Assembly (NCBI GenBank): GCA_001179505.1
Contig: CDMY01000333.1
Location: 1-64,000, forward strand
From: Vitrella brassicaformis CCMP3155
Lineage: Eukaryota > Protista > Chromerida
Reading direction: 5' to 3'
Length of the DNA: 64,000 nt
Within the stretch, counting starts at the first letter, position 1. The number at the start of each line of letters is the position of its first letter. This document shows positions 18,901-31,433 of this stretch, in pieces. The translations under genes were made by a program, and so were the position numbers. The notes under the pieces were generated by a model. It searched no databases. It was not told where the DNA came from and saw only the letters and a list, made by a program, of their open reading frames with translations.

Positions 18901-19545
18901 TCACGAGAGTATGGCGTTGGCCCATCCAGTGATGGCCTGCCTGCCGACACAAAGGGCACCGCTGCAGCCCCCCCCTCGCACCCCTGGCACACGCAGGGGT
19001 GCAGCACCACGCGCCGCTCCGTCTCGTCGCACACCTGGCACGCTGTCGCCTTGTCCCGCGCCGCCCGGCTGCGGTTCTCCACCTCGTGCTGCATCTGCTG
19101 GCGCAATTCGGCCTCTAGCTTCTGCTGGGCGGCGTGCCAGGCGCGGCGCTCGAGGGACTGCAGCTGGGATTGCTCGGTGCTGAGGGCCGTCTGGCGGTCC
19201 GCAAGCTGCATGGCGAAGCCGATCAGCTCATCAGCAGTCGTCAGCTGGGCGAAGGTCTCTGTCAGTCTGTGAGAGCATGGGGAGGCAGAATTACCTGTGT
19301 ATGTGTGCGTGTGTGTGTGTCTGTCTTCTTGCTGCCATTGTGTGGGTGCTTACCTGTCGAATCGGATCTGGTTGGCTTGCATCTCAAGCACGTCGGCCTG
19401 CAGCGCCCGGTTGGCCTCATACAGAGTGTCAAACCACACACACACAGAAAGGGAGAGAGAGAGTGGCCGAGTGCGTACGCTTTCTGGTGCTCGTGCAGCC
19501 ATACCTGGCGGCCTCCAGCCCCTTCGCCGCATAGGCCCTTGACGC
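18901..19545 (-). pseudogene. Decayed coiled-coil + RING-HC gene
   Basis: Reads ETFAQLTTADELIGFAMQLADRQ..ACQVCDETERRVVLHPC-VCQGCEGG. After a +1 shift in a G8 run it reads LQRCPLCRQ, and after a 4-bp GCAG duplication AITGWANAILS*. The RING His ligand segment is missing. The upstream limit is uncertain. Confidence 0.65.
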
Positions 19546-19740
19546 ACGGAGGCAGACAACACAACATGGTGACCTCTTCGCCCGGGGATTGTGTGCTCAC
19601 CGGCGAGATTAGCTCGCGAGTGCCAAGCTCGCAGATTCATTTCGAGAGATCTGCGCGAGAGAAGGCAGATGGAGCTCTCCATCTTGACGTACTGACATCG
19701 TGTGATTGCATCCTACTGATCCCGTCGCCGCTGGATCAGG

Positions 19741-22700
19741 ATGTCCATCAAGCGCCGGCTGTCCTACTGGGACATACCGGACCGATACCGTCTGGAGAAG
19801 CCGCTGGGCAGTGGGGCGTACGGCGCAGGTGAGAAAGGTGGAGAGAATGGGGGAAAGGGAGAGCCACGTGTTGACTAGGATTGTGTGTGCCTGTTGGATG
19901 GTTGGTTGTGTGGGTGCAGTCCATCAGGCGTTCTGCACCAAGGAGGGGAAGACGGTGGCCATCAAGAAGATTACAGGGCTGTTTGGCGACCGGTTCGACG
20001 CCAAGAGGGTGCTGCGTGAGATTTGCATCTTGGGGAGGCTGGAGCACGACCACATTGTCAAGATCGTCGACCTCTGCGTGCCATCCGACATGCACAGCTT
20101 CGATGTGAGTCAACACAGACAGCATATGCCACGGCACGGCACGGCACGGACAGCGGCGTAGTGTGGGTGTCTGGTGTGGTACTGTGTCAGGATCTGTTCG
20201 TGGTGATGGAGCTGGCAGATGCCGACCTGGGCAAGCTCTACAGGACAAACGTCTTTCTGTCGGTCAGTCCGTCCGTCACACACAACACAACAGCCACCTG
20301 CAGACAGACACGATGGATGCATATACATGCGGATGGGTGACTGCGTGGCTGTCTGCAGGAGATCCACGTCAAGACTTTGCTGTACAACCTGATCCTGGGT
20401 GTGAGGTACCTGCACTCGGCCGGCGTCTACCACCGCGACATCAAGCCGGCCAACTGCCTCTGCTACCGCGACTGCTCCGTCAAGCTGTGCGACTTCGGAC
20501 TCGCCCGCACCGTCGAGCAGCCTGAGGACATGAAGGAGTCATACAACCTGCTCGACTCGCGAATGTCAGTGGGCGAGCCAAAGAGAGAGGAAGCAAGCAA
20601 ATGGGGCGGGGCGTTGTTGATGTCACTTTTGCATTTGTGTGTTGTTGTGTGCTGTGCAGGGGTGACGAGGATGTGGGCGTGTCAACTGCCACCATGTGAG
20701 TGGGGGGTCCAGGCAGGGGGCGGCGCCCAACTGCGGCATGACGATGGCTTTTGTGGTGTGTGTTGTTGTGTTACTGTAGGGACGCCACCTTTGAGAACGC
20801 CACCATGAGCTACCAGCTGCAGCAGGAGGACCAGGCCAGACGGAAACCAGTCAACAGAAAGTAACCATAACCACTCACTCCCACAGACACTCACATACAC
20901 CCACAAACAACGCCTTGATTATCCTCATCTGCTCTTGGCTGTGTGTGTGTGCCATGTCACCAATCAGGATGACAGTGGGTCATGGCGCCGGTCCCCTGGC
21001 CCGCATGCGCACCGGATTCGGTGCGGCGCTGGCCCAGCACCGCAGCCGCGCCAAGGTCAGCGGCTCCCAGAGCGCCAACACCAACTCCCTCTCCGGCCTG
21101 GTCTCCCCCGACCCGCAGAGCGCCGAGGACGGTGCCGAGGCCGTCCCCATGGAAGTCGACAACCCCTCCCCCTCACCAGTAGCGGCCACCAACAACAACC
21201 CGCCGTACGACCCCTTCAAGGCCTCGAACGCCTCGCTCAACTCGGCCATGGTCAACGCGTCCATGCCTTTGCCTGGTGTTGCGTCTAGTGGGGTGGTGAA
21301 GCGGGCGGGGACGGTGGGGGTGCACGGCCAGTCGCGGCTCAACATGAAGGGGCTGGTGGAGCTATTCAGGAGCAGATCCAAGAACGTCGCGAAACCCAAA
21401 CAACAGAAGCTCAGACGGGCGCTCACCGTCAGGGTCGTCACCAGGTGAAGAATGAAATGATGGGTGGGGGGATGGACGAAAGAAAGAGGTGGCAATATTT
21501 TGTCTGGGTATGGTGTGTGCAGGCAGTACCGTTCGCCCGAGTTGATCCTGCAGAATGAGCACTACGACGAGGGAATCGACGTCTGGTCAGTCAGTGACCG
21601 GCCGCATACAGACAGACATGCGCATGCATACTGGCTTGCTCTCTTGACGATCACACCATCGACTGTGTGTGCGTCGGTCTGGACAGGTCGATTGGGTGCA
21701 TCTTCGGGGAGCTTTATCTCATGATGGTGAGTCGTCAAAGCGCCTGCCTTTGTGCAGCCAACCGAGTCCGTCACCTCTGTCTCTCCCTCCCTTGTGTGTG
21801 TATCCCCCCCTTGATCGGCCAGCGTGAGCATCTGGCGTTTGCCCGCATGCGTCGGCCGCTCTTCCCCGGCACCACCTCCCTCATGTCACCCAGGAGCAGA
21901 TCAAAGGCCATGGAACTCGAGTCGGTGACAGTGACAGTCACCATGGAGGGATGGCACCACACGAAATCGGACCAGACAACCAACCACCTTGACGTGTCTG
22001 TGTGCCACCCTATATGTGTAGGATTCCGATGGGTGACCAGCTCAACTGCATCTTCAACGTGTTGGGCACCCCCACGGAGGATGACCTCCAGGAAATCGAA
22101 AAGGACGAGTCCAAGAAGTACNNNNNNNNNNNNNNNNNNNNNNNNNNNNNNNNNNNNNNNNNNNNNNNNNNNNNNNNNNNNNNNNNNNNNNNNNNNNNNN
22201 NNNNNNNNNNNNNNNNNNNNNNNNNNNNNNNNNNNNNNNNNNNNNNNNNNNNNNNNNNNNNNNNNNNNNNNNNNNNNNNNNNNNNNNNNNNNNNNNNNNN
22301 NNNNNNNNNNNNNNNNNNNNNNNNNNNNNNNNNNNNNNNNNNNNNNNNNNNNNNNNNNNNNNNNNNNNNNNNNNNNNNNNNNNNNNNNNNNNNNNNNNNN
22401 NNNNNNNNNNNNNNNNNNNNNCCCCACACACACACACACAAAGACAAGCTTCCACCGAGTATACGTCTCACATCATCGCTCCTTTCTCTGTCTGTCTGTC
22501 TGTCCGTGTCACGAGCAGGTTTGTGCGTCGCTACAGCAGGCGCCAGCCCATCAGCCTGCGCACCAAATTCGCAGCCGCATCAGGTAGGTCGGTGGGGGAG
22601 CGCAGAGTGACAGCATTCTCATACTGCCTGCTGGGTTCTTGGTTTCATTCAGATGAGGGGTTGGATTTGTTGCGTCGGATGCTGGCGTTCCGTCCATCTC

Positions 22701-23534
22701 AGCGCACCACGCTCGACGAGGCCCTCGATCACCCATTCTTCGCTGACGTCAGGAGCCCGGCGAGAGAGGTGAGGGAGGGAGGCAGCGACAGGGTGGGAGC
22801 CAGGGAGGGAGGAGGGAAAGATTGGTACCTAGACATTTTCTCTCCCGTGTGTGTGCATAATGTGTCCGTCCATCAGTTCAAGGCGAACGAGCTGCTATCG
22901 CTGCCCTTCGACGACTATGCCGACCTCAACGAAAACCAACTCAGGTGACGTTAAACACCCACCCACTCTTTGATCTGATCAGCCCCCCACAGAAGCCTCA
23001 CACTACACCCACATACATACTCTATGTGCTGCTTCCTTTCACTTTTTGCTGTGATCAGGTATGCGTTCCTGGCGGAGATTCAGCGTTACCACCCCGAGAT
23101 GACCATTCCCGAGAGCATCATCAAGGCGAGCGGCCCTCTTCCACAGCCGGAGAAGCGGTTCAAGAAGTCCCCTCTGACCGGCTCACGGCTGCTCGAGGGA
23201 CTCGTGGCACACTCCAACACCGCTCCGCCCCTCGTCGGCCAGCACCAGCACAGCAACCACCACCACCACCACCAGATGCACCACAACGGCATCAGCAAGG
23301 ACTCAAAAGACTCCTACCCGGACATGAACACCAGGTGGGGTGGATAGACAAGACTCACACACGGGATGTGGGGGAGGGAGTGGGTGTGGATGTATTGAAT
23401 GGTCCCCCTTTTCTCGGCTCTGTCTTGGTGCTGTATGTGTCAGGTCGACTACGGCAGGGAGTGCCAGCAGTGGTCAGGACGGTCAGGACTTCGGCATGGG
23501 TCCAGCGCCGATGGAGGCCGTGGCGGTGGCGTGA
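19741..23534 (+). CDS. Atypical MAP kinase (alveolate Pfmap-2-like group), multi-exon, spans an N gap
   Basis: Motifs: LGSGAYGAV, VAIKKI, AKRVLREICIL, HVKTLLYNLILGVRYLHSAGVYHRDIKPANCL, DCSVKLCDFGLARTV, LTVRVVTRQYRSPELIL, IDVWSIGCIFGEL, DQLNCIFNVLGTP, LDLLRRMLAFRP..LDHPFF, LPFDD. Confidence 0.92.
22122..22421. other. Scaffold gap (300 N) inside the MAPK gene
   Basis: Run of N. Confidence 1.
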
Positions 23535-23970
23535 CACGACGCCTCACTGACTGGTGGTGGTGGACTGGCGAATGTCAGTCATCGTGTACACAACTACCTT
23601 ACTTATGATATATGTCTGTAATGAATACTCTGTATGTGTCTGTCGGTATACACGTGCATACGAGCAGCCTGACCGAGACGGGCTGGCTGGCTCTGTGGCT
23701 GGTAGCAGTAAGGGGGCGGGCGGTAAGACCCGTGTGGCCGTGTGGCCGTGTGGGTGGGTTTATTGGTTCTGTGCGCGCGCAATGAAAGCCCCCACACCCC
23801 TCCCCTCCCCTCCTCTCCTCTGTTGGTCTTTCGTCTCCCTGTCTATGCGTCTACGTGTCCATCTGCCTGCCTGCCTGCTTGTGGTCTGTCGCGAGTTTGC
23901 TTGCTCATTTTTCCACACGTCCAGTTCATGCGCACCGTGCTTTGTACGGCCACCATCAGGCTGGTCCGAG

Positions 23971-24016
<46 letters not shown>

Positions 24017-25827
24017 TCATTTCATTGATGTGATGCGTGTTGATGTGATGTGCGTACGAATGCTGTATATCAGTCGGCTGGATGGATGGAGGGATGGATG
24101 GAGGGATGGGTGCCGGTGCCGGCCCTACCGTTGGCCGGCCTGCGCCTCTTAGGCGAGTGTTTGCGTTTTCTAGTTTGTTATCGAATTATCGAGAGAGAGG
24201 TTGCTGATCTTGTCAGCCACTTGCCGCCCGTGCCGCACCGTCCCATCTTTTCTTCTTCTATCTGGTTTTGACTTATCTGTCTGATGCTTCAAGCATGTGT
24301 TTGGAAGCTAAGCTGGTCGCGCGGTTGTGTCGACAAGGGTGTGTGTGTGAATGTCTCTTCTGTCTGTCTGTCTGTCTCTCTGCCTATGTCAGCCGCGCCG
24401 TGCGGCTTTTTTGCCGGTGCGAGAGAAGATGGGGCGGCTTCCCTTCCTGAGGGCCGGCGAGGGAGGCATGTGCTGTGGTGTGGCCCAGTATTCATTTCCA
24501 TTTGCGATGCGTCTGTCTGTCTGTCTGCAGTGTGTGTGGGTGTGCAGAGGGCTTCGCACACGAGACGAGCATCGACAATGGCTGGTCGGCCTCGCATGCG
24601 TCGTTCTCCGCTCACTCACACACAGCGGACGAGATGAAAGCACGCCATTGCAATGCATTGACAGACAGTGCTGCAGTCTAATCTGGCGATGTGGCGACCC
24701 GACCCCCTTCATGTGCTGTGTCTTATTGATTGTCGTGGTGGTTGTCGGTTCGGTTCCCCCACAAGTGCCGGAAACTCTCACCACGTTCGGTGGCGTGTGG
24801 CTGCGCTAACATCCATGTGTCTCGGTTGTTATGTCGTCCGTCACATACTCACACCCACCCAGCGTGATGAAGTGAGTGAGGCAGAGAACCGAACCGACGT
24901 GCAGATAAGAATGGAGAGAGCCGAAAGACCAGATCGAGTGAACGCCCGACAGACAGACAGGTGGGGCGGGTTCGTGTCGTGTGCTGTCTTCCAGGCCAGG
25001 TGGTTCCTAAGCAAGCTGTTTGGACGGACGGACGGCCTCTGTGTGGGTGTGTGCGTGTGCATGAAGGCGTGATGGGGTGAGTGAGAGTGATGAGAGTCCG
25101 GCGAGGCCGACTGACTGACTGACTGACCTGCATGGGCGTGTCCCGTGTGTGGTGGACGTGTGTGGCATGTTTGTCCGTGCTTGTAAGTAATTGCTGCATG
25201 GATGGATGGATGGATGGATGGCGCTGTTCACGTGGTTGTCAGTCAGTGTGGTCTGACGTGAGTGAACTGAGTGATGTGGACAAAGGAGACAGACCCTTTG
25301 CCATGCCCCCTGTCTCCCCTTAACTGTGCTGCTGCTTACACGATGAACGGCACATCCTTCTCCCTCTGCACCGCCTCACCACCTCACCGCCCAAAGATTT
25401 GACATGACTATCAAATCCTCGGTCCGTCGATCTGATCCGATGGATCCGATTTGTCAACATCAGTCAGTCCATCTAGGCACGCGCACATCCATCTGATCAC
25501 GTCAAATCACCTCAAATTGGACCCGGACCATCCATCCATCCATCCATTCACCGTCACATGCACCCCGGCCGTCAGCCGCAAGCAGCCCTCCCCCCTCCCC
25601 CCTCCCATGCACATGTAGCGAGCGACAGCAGACACTTGTTTGTTTGCAGCGCCGGCCAGCCAGAAGAAAACGACACAAGTCATCATGTCAGTTATCTAAT
25701 AGATAGGGTGGATGGATAGACAGCTTAGATAGCCAACAGAGGTTGGTGGGTCGGTCGGTCCGTTAGGTCAATTAGGCCATCTGGTGGTGGCATCGCATCA
25801 TGTGCTGACATACGTACTTGAAACGCA

Positions 25828-25958
25828 GATGGACAAGCAGACAGACAGACAGACAGACAGACAGAGACGCCAGCGTTTAGATGCCAGCGTTTAAACGATG
25901 GACAAGCAGACAGACAGACAGACAGACAGAGACGCCAGCGTTTAGATGCCAGCGTTTA
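25828..25958. repeat. Two-copy tandem repeat with unit GATGGACAAG(CAGA)n-GACGCCAGCGTTTAGATGCCAGCGTTTA
   Basis: Copies lie at about 25828-25893 and 25897-25958 and differ by one CAGA unit. Each contains an internal GCCAGCGTTTA doublet. Confidence 0.85.
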
Positions 25959-26723
25959 GATAATATCCAATACTCACTTACACATAACATAACATGCACA
26001 TGTCGGTCGAGGTATGTATGCATGACAGCAGCAGCAGCAGCAGCAGCAGTGGGTAGACATTTATTCAGACAGCAGTGAGTGAGGTACACAGCAGCGGTAC
26101 TCAGATATGTAAGACGATGAGCAGAGCAGCACAGAGCAAACAAAAGCAACCCCCTGCACCTTACCCAGCAACTCCCGGCATCCATCTATGGTAGGTGTGA
26201 ACCCCACCCCCTCCGCGCATCTGTTTCTTGCGCGCAGACGGGAGACAGACACCCATCCCACATCCACCCAGCCAGCCAGATGAACACCCCCCGCCACAGC
26301 ACCACCCAGCCCTTTCAACACCACTGTCCCTCCCCTCCTTATATACACGTCTGTCTGTAGCTTCTGCACATATACACATACACATACATACACACAGATC
26401 TACTCGAATAAATGCGATCCCTCCCCTCCCCTCCCGTGCGATGTGCCAAGTCAGCAGCCAGCCCGACAAAGATCCCGTCCAGCCCGTACGTATCTTACGC
26501 AGGCACAAAACAAAGCCGAACAGCCGCCCCCCTCGCCCAGCCCACTGTACATAGGACATACATACAACACAACACTAGTACCCCACCCTCCCTCCCTCTC
26601 CCCCTTTATGTATGCAGACACCACTCCACTCACGAGACCCCAAAGCACTTCACACTTGCAATGCACCCATCCAGCCAATGTATCCCTCCATTGATCCATC
26701 CAAGCACGTGTTCGTCTGCCCGT

Positions 26724-29091
26724 CTAGTTGCCGGTGTCGGCAGTTTCTTGTGTCTCGGTCTCGGCGTCGCCCTCTACCGTGTGGACGACCTCGGGGCGGT
26801 GGTGCTTCACTGTCTGTGGGGGGGCAGCGCCAGGCGCAACGATGTAGACTGTGATCAGATCACAGACACAAACAACACAGGCGGTCATGGGGTATGTCAT
26901 GTCGGTTGTCTGTCTGTGTGAGGGAGGGTGTCTGGCTCACTCTTGATGTCCTGTGCGGTGTCTTCTGGTCCGGCCTTGCCCTCGGGGTCCCAGGGGAGTG
27001 CGCGGATGAAGAAGGTGCCGCCGCCGTTGATCATCCAGTCGGGGAGCGGCGTGTACGTCTCGCCCTTCTCGTCGCCGAACAGCGTGTACGGTCTGCACAC
27101 ACGTGACAAGTGAGCGAATGGCAGCTCATGTGATGTGTATGTGTGTGTGGTGTCGTCTGGTATGTTGTCTGTCTGTGTGCGGGGGTCTTACGAGGACTCG
27201 TCGAATCCGGTGCCGGCCTGTCCGCCGACGCCCTCTGTGGGGATGACGGTGCGGTGCATGTCCATGACGCGCCACTCGACCTTCGAGATGGTCTCCACGC
27301 TCAGCGTGCCGCACTCAGACGCTTTGAACGTGAACTTCTTGCCGGGCCATGCCTGATGACACCCAGCAATACACCAACACACCACACACACATTGACGGC
27401 GTGTCTTCGTTGGTGTCATGTCTGTGTGGCGGGCGGGCGTACCTGATTTGTGTCGAGGACGTAGGTGAAGCCGTGCATGAGCATCGTGTTGGCGTCGCCG
27501 GTGAGGACCTCGCCGTAGGCGTTGGTCATCTGCATCTTGCGCAGGCTGGTCTTGGAGTCATCCGGGGTGTCCGGCAGCACCTTGAGGCCCGCGAGCTGAC
27601 GCCTGGCGCCTGCTGGGGGGGCCACCGGCTTGTTGTCCTCGTCCAAGACGACCAGCTCCAGACCCTTGAGAAGCGGCTCTGTGATTGGACAGGGAGGGGA
27701 GGGGACAGACAGGCAAGGCAGTGTGCGGGGCGTCCTCTCCCTGTCAGTTATGTGTCGTCTTGCGTGGTGCGGTGCATTCTAACCGAAGTCGATGCATCCG
27801 CAGTCAGGGAGGATCTTCACTGAAGCCAAAAACCACACAAACAAACCAGACACACAGGCACATGTCATGTCCACTGTCCCACGGCACGCGCCGCGCCCAC
27901 TGCCCGTGCCACCACCCATCCCATCCCCCCACCCCACCTGAGAAGTATTTGGGCACGCCAGGGTCGCCCACGGCGTTGTAAGGCGTGGCCCTGAGTGTGT
28001 ATCCGCCGCCACATCCCTCAAGTTCCTTGATCCAGTCGGGTGCGCCCATGTACTTGGCCTTGGGCTCGCCGGCCGCCAGGGTGGTGACGGTCTTGCCGAA
28101 GGCCGAGTAGGGGCGGGACTGGTCGCCGTTGGGCGAGCGGCCGTCCACGGACGAGATGGTCAGACGCTCCCAGTCAAGGAACTCTGTGTGACGTGATAGA
28201 GACAACGAATACCGACACGTGAGTGTGTGTGGAGGGGCGGTGCGCTGTGGCTGCGTGTGGTGTGGTGTGGGGGGAGGGTGTTATGTTACCGAAGAGAACC
28301 GATGTGGTGTCGGCTGAGGCCGTGGCGAGGAAGGTGAAATCGCTGACCTCGTTCTGCTGGTACATGACCTGGTGGCGGTTCTGGTACTATAGCACACAAC
28401 ACAACACACAACACACGACACAGCACAACGCACCAGACACCACTCACGTCAGTCACCGTCACGGCGATTTCCCCACCCACCAAAGGCCCTCCCTCCCTCG
28501 TATGTGCCGTGCCCCGTCCGTACCAGTGGCGTCTTCATGTAGAGTTCTCCCTTCTTGTCGGGGAACCGGTCGTCGTACAGGAGTGCGAACTCGACGGTCT
28601 CCAGCCTGGGGCCGTCCAGCGTCCTCTCCTGGTCCACGCAAGTCCAGTCCGAACCGTCGCCAGGCGGGCACATCTCGAGCATCGGACGGCACTGGGAATA
28701 ACCCTGAGCAATGAAGCGCGGGAGACACACACACAGAACGCAGGCAAACAAACGTCAAGGCAGCCAGCCAGGTAGCCGTTGGGGCGTGACGTGGCGTGGC
28801 GTGGTGCGGTGTGCTGCTCACCGCGTCCTTTTGCTTGCAGGTGTAGCCGTACTCCTCGCAGCACTTGGTCTCTGTGCAGTCCTGCAGCGACGCCACACAC
28901 GTGGGCGGGTCTCCTGCACACAACACACGACAAGCAGAGACAGGCAGACGATGTCGAAACGAGGGTTCCCCGGCCCGTGTTTTGGCAGAAACGTGGCCAT
29001 CGACACGCAGCGCCCTTCGGCAGCCGTGCTCACCCCGTGCAAAGACGACGAGCGAGGCCACTGACGCGGCGACGAGGAGAGCAAGCTTCAT
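26724..29091 (-). CDS. Secreted protein with a Cys-rich N-terminal module and two internally repeated domains, multi-exon
   Basis: Signal peptide MKLALLVAASVASLVVFARG. Cys module CVASLQDCTETKCCEEYGYTCKQKD..QCRPMLEMCPPGDGSDWTC. Repeats PYSAFG..APDWI..GGGYTLRATPYNAVGDPG and PYTLFG..LPDWM..GGGTFFIRALPWDPEGKAG. Ends ..ETADTGN*. Confidence 0.8.
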
Positions 29092-29479
29092 CCTGCCTGG
29101 CGAGGGGGGGAAGGGGTGGGCGAACGCCTGCTGCTCGAGTTGGAGGGTTTTCAGGTGTTGTTCGGCGCTGGAGAGAGTTTTTCTTTCGGTTTTGTCGTGG
29201 TCCGTTTGGGATGCGTTGCCAAATTGTGTGCAGGGTTTCTGCGCTATTATTCTTTCCTCGGTGAAAGGAGAAGCCGACGCCGACAGCAGGAGCTCTGCCG
29301 TTCCTTGACTGTCTGCCTGGTGCATCCCTGGTGTTCCTTTGAAGAGAGCTGGTGGCCATCCTTGCTGCCCGTTTTGTCATCCTGGCCAGGCTGGCCGGAT
29401 TGCAATTGGGGAGGAACACACGAATGTTTGCTTCTATCTTTCTTTGAAACAGGGGTCTGTCCGACCGTCTATCTATCTG

Positions 29480-29745
29480 TCTGCAAAATCGACGTGACCA
29501 CGCACAATGTGTTGCATTTCACAGAATGTATCGGCCCACGCCAATCTGTACACGTGGAGAGAACACTGACACGCTCACACATACTTAAGTGTACCATGGA
29601 TGGCCAGGCTGTCTCCCTCTCTCCCGCACCCCCTGTTTGTCCCCCTTGGTATCTGCAACAGCATCTAAGCTAAGCTATGCCGCCCCTGTGGCCCTTCTCC
29701 TGTCCCTCTCCACCGACATGTTCTTGCGGCGCTGCCCACCGCTCC
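29480..29745. repeat. Direct, slightly diverged duplicate of 31201..31504 (3' end and downstream flank of the HAD-like gene)
   Basis: The coding part (..ERDRRRATGAA*) reads identical, while the flank has substitutions and an indel (GAGAACAC vs GAAGACAC; GCACCCC vs GCAGCCC). It is truncated by the N gap. Confidence 0.92.
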
Positions 29746-30045
29746 NNNNNNNNNNNNNNNNNNNNNNNNNNNNNNNNNNNNNNNNNNNNNNNNNNNNNNN
29801 NNNNNNNNNNNNNNNNNNNNNNNNNNNNNNNNNNNNNNNNNNNNNNNNNNNNNNNNNNNNNNNNNNNNNNNNNNNNNNNNNNNNNNNNNNNNNNNNNNNN
29901 NNNNNNNNNNNNNNNNNNNNNNNNNNNNNNNNNNNNNNNNNNNNNNNNNNNNNNNNNNNNNNNNNNNNNNNNNNNNNNNNNNNNNNNNNNNNNNNNNNNN
30001 NNNNNNNNNNNNNNNNNNNNNNNNNNNNNNNNNNNNNNNNNNNNN
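29746..30045. other. Scaffold gap (300 N)
   Basis: Run of N flanked on both sides by sequence duplicated elsewhere in the window. Confidence 1.
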
Positions 30046-30903
30046 TGAACCTCAACTGGCAGAAGCATCTTGCCGATGGCATCCTGTTGCGCGGCAATTC
30101 CCGCCCCGAGTTCCACCCACTTGGCGACGGGCACTCCAATCTCTGCGGCTCGGCCATCATGCACGCCTTCCGCACGCACGTCCTGACAGCACTCAAGGTC
30201 TCCACCTCTCAGCGTGACACCAACAGCAAAAGCGGCACCGTGGAGGCGTTGGACAAAAGACGCCTGGGCCAGCTGACCAACACGACCATTTCCATGGCGG
30301 ATGAGTTCTTGCAGCACCAGTGGCAGTGGCCCCCGAGGCGTGAGAGGCGCATCTTGTGGCTCAGCAGACGGCCGTACTCACAAGTTGTCGACAAGGCAAG
30401 AGGCCGCATCCACACCTACACGCCAGACAGACACGTGAGCCACGCCACAGCCACGTACGCCCAGACGTCGTGTAATGAGCGTATTCGGGTTATTGCGACG
30501 TCAGGTGGGCAACGAGGCTGAGCTGCTGGCGTCCCTGCGGCAGTCATTAGACAGGGCTGCGGCGACCGAGTCACCACGTTTCTCTGGGTGGCAGATAGAG
30601 GACTTCAACCCTGGCGATTCGCACTCCTTCAGGGAGCAGGTGTTGAGGGCTGCCTCGGCTGACATCCTGGTGGGCGTCCATGGGGCGGGCCTGACCCTGT
30701 GCATTTACATGCGGACAGGATCGGCTCTCGTCGAGTTGTTCGGCGGCAACCGTGAGCGAGAGAACCGGCACTTCGACACCCTGTGCTCCAAGGTCGGCCA
30801 GCGTCGGTGGGAGATGGACGTCGGGTCGCTGGAGCGGGTGGCGCCTGAGGGAGTGTGGGAGAATGTGCGGCAGGCCATCGAACAGCTGGATGGCGTCGAG
30901 TGA
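30046..30903 (+). CDS. 3' part of the GT61 glycosyltransferase (5' part absent, begins at the gap)
   Basis: Reads NLNWQKHLADG..RRILWLSRRPY, then NEAELLASLRQ..SFREQVLRAASADILVGVHGAGLTLCIYMRTGSALVELF..NRHFDTLCSKVG..QLDGVE*. GVHGAGLT is the GT61/DUF563 hallmark. Confidence 0.85.
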
Positions 30904-31433
30904 ATGCGCGCAGGGATTAAGCGGACGCTGCTGGTGAGTTGGGCATAGCATTTTGAGAGTGCCGATCGGCGGTAGATAGATAGGTTCTGTGTGAGTGAGT
31001 CGGTGTGTATTTGTGGCATATACCAGTGAGATGAAGGTCATGCTGCCTACAGCTGCCTGCTGGCTGCAGGATATGGTTTATCGCCAAGCTGTGTGTGTGG
31101 ATATAATGACAATTCGATGCTCACGTTGTATTTGTGTGTATAATCTATTTGTCTCATCCTGCCCATCCGACCATCCGTGTGCGCTTTCCAAGGAAACTGG
31201 TCTGCAAAACCGACGTGATGACTCAGCAGTCCATCCATCCATCCATCCATGCGCCCGCCATGCACAATATATTACGCGCCACAGACTGTATCGTCCCACG
31301 CCAATCTGTACACGTGGAGAAGACACTGACACGCTCACACATACTTAAGTGTACCATGGATGGCCAGGCGCCCCCCTCTCTCCCGCAGCCCCTGTTTGTC
31401 CCCCTTGGTATCTGCAACAGCATCTAAGCTAAG

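Noticed and set aside
21667-22610. Long ORFs containing poly-X (also near 29.6-30.5 kb and 54.3-55.0 kb)
   Set aside because: These are artefacts of translating through the 300-N gaps.
24549-24681. Possible small exon EGFAHETSIDNGWSASH..DSAAV* after a TGTGCAG acceptor
   Set aside because: No convincing upstream coding exon or homology; it may be UTR or non-coding.
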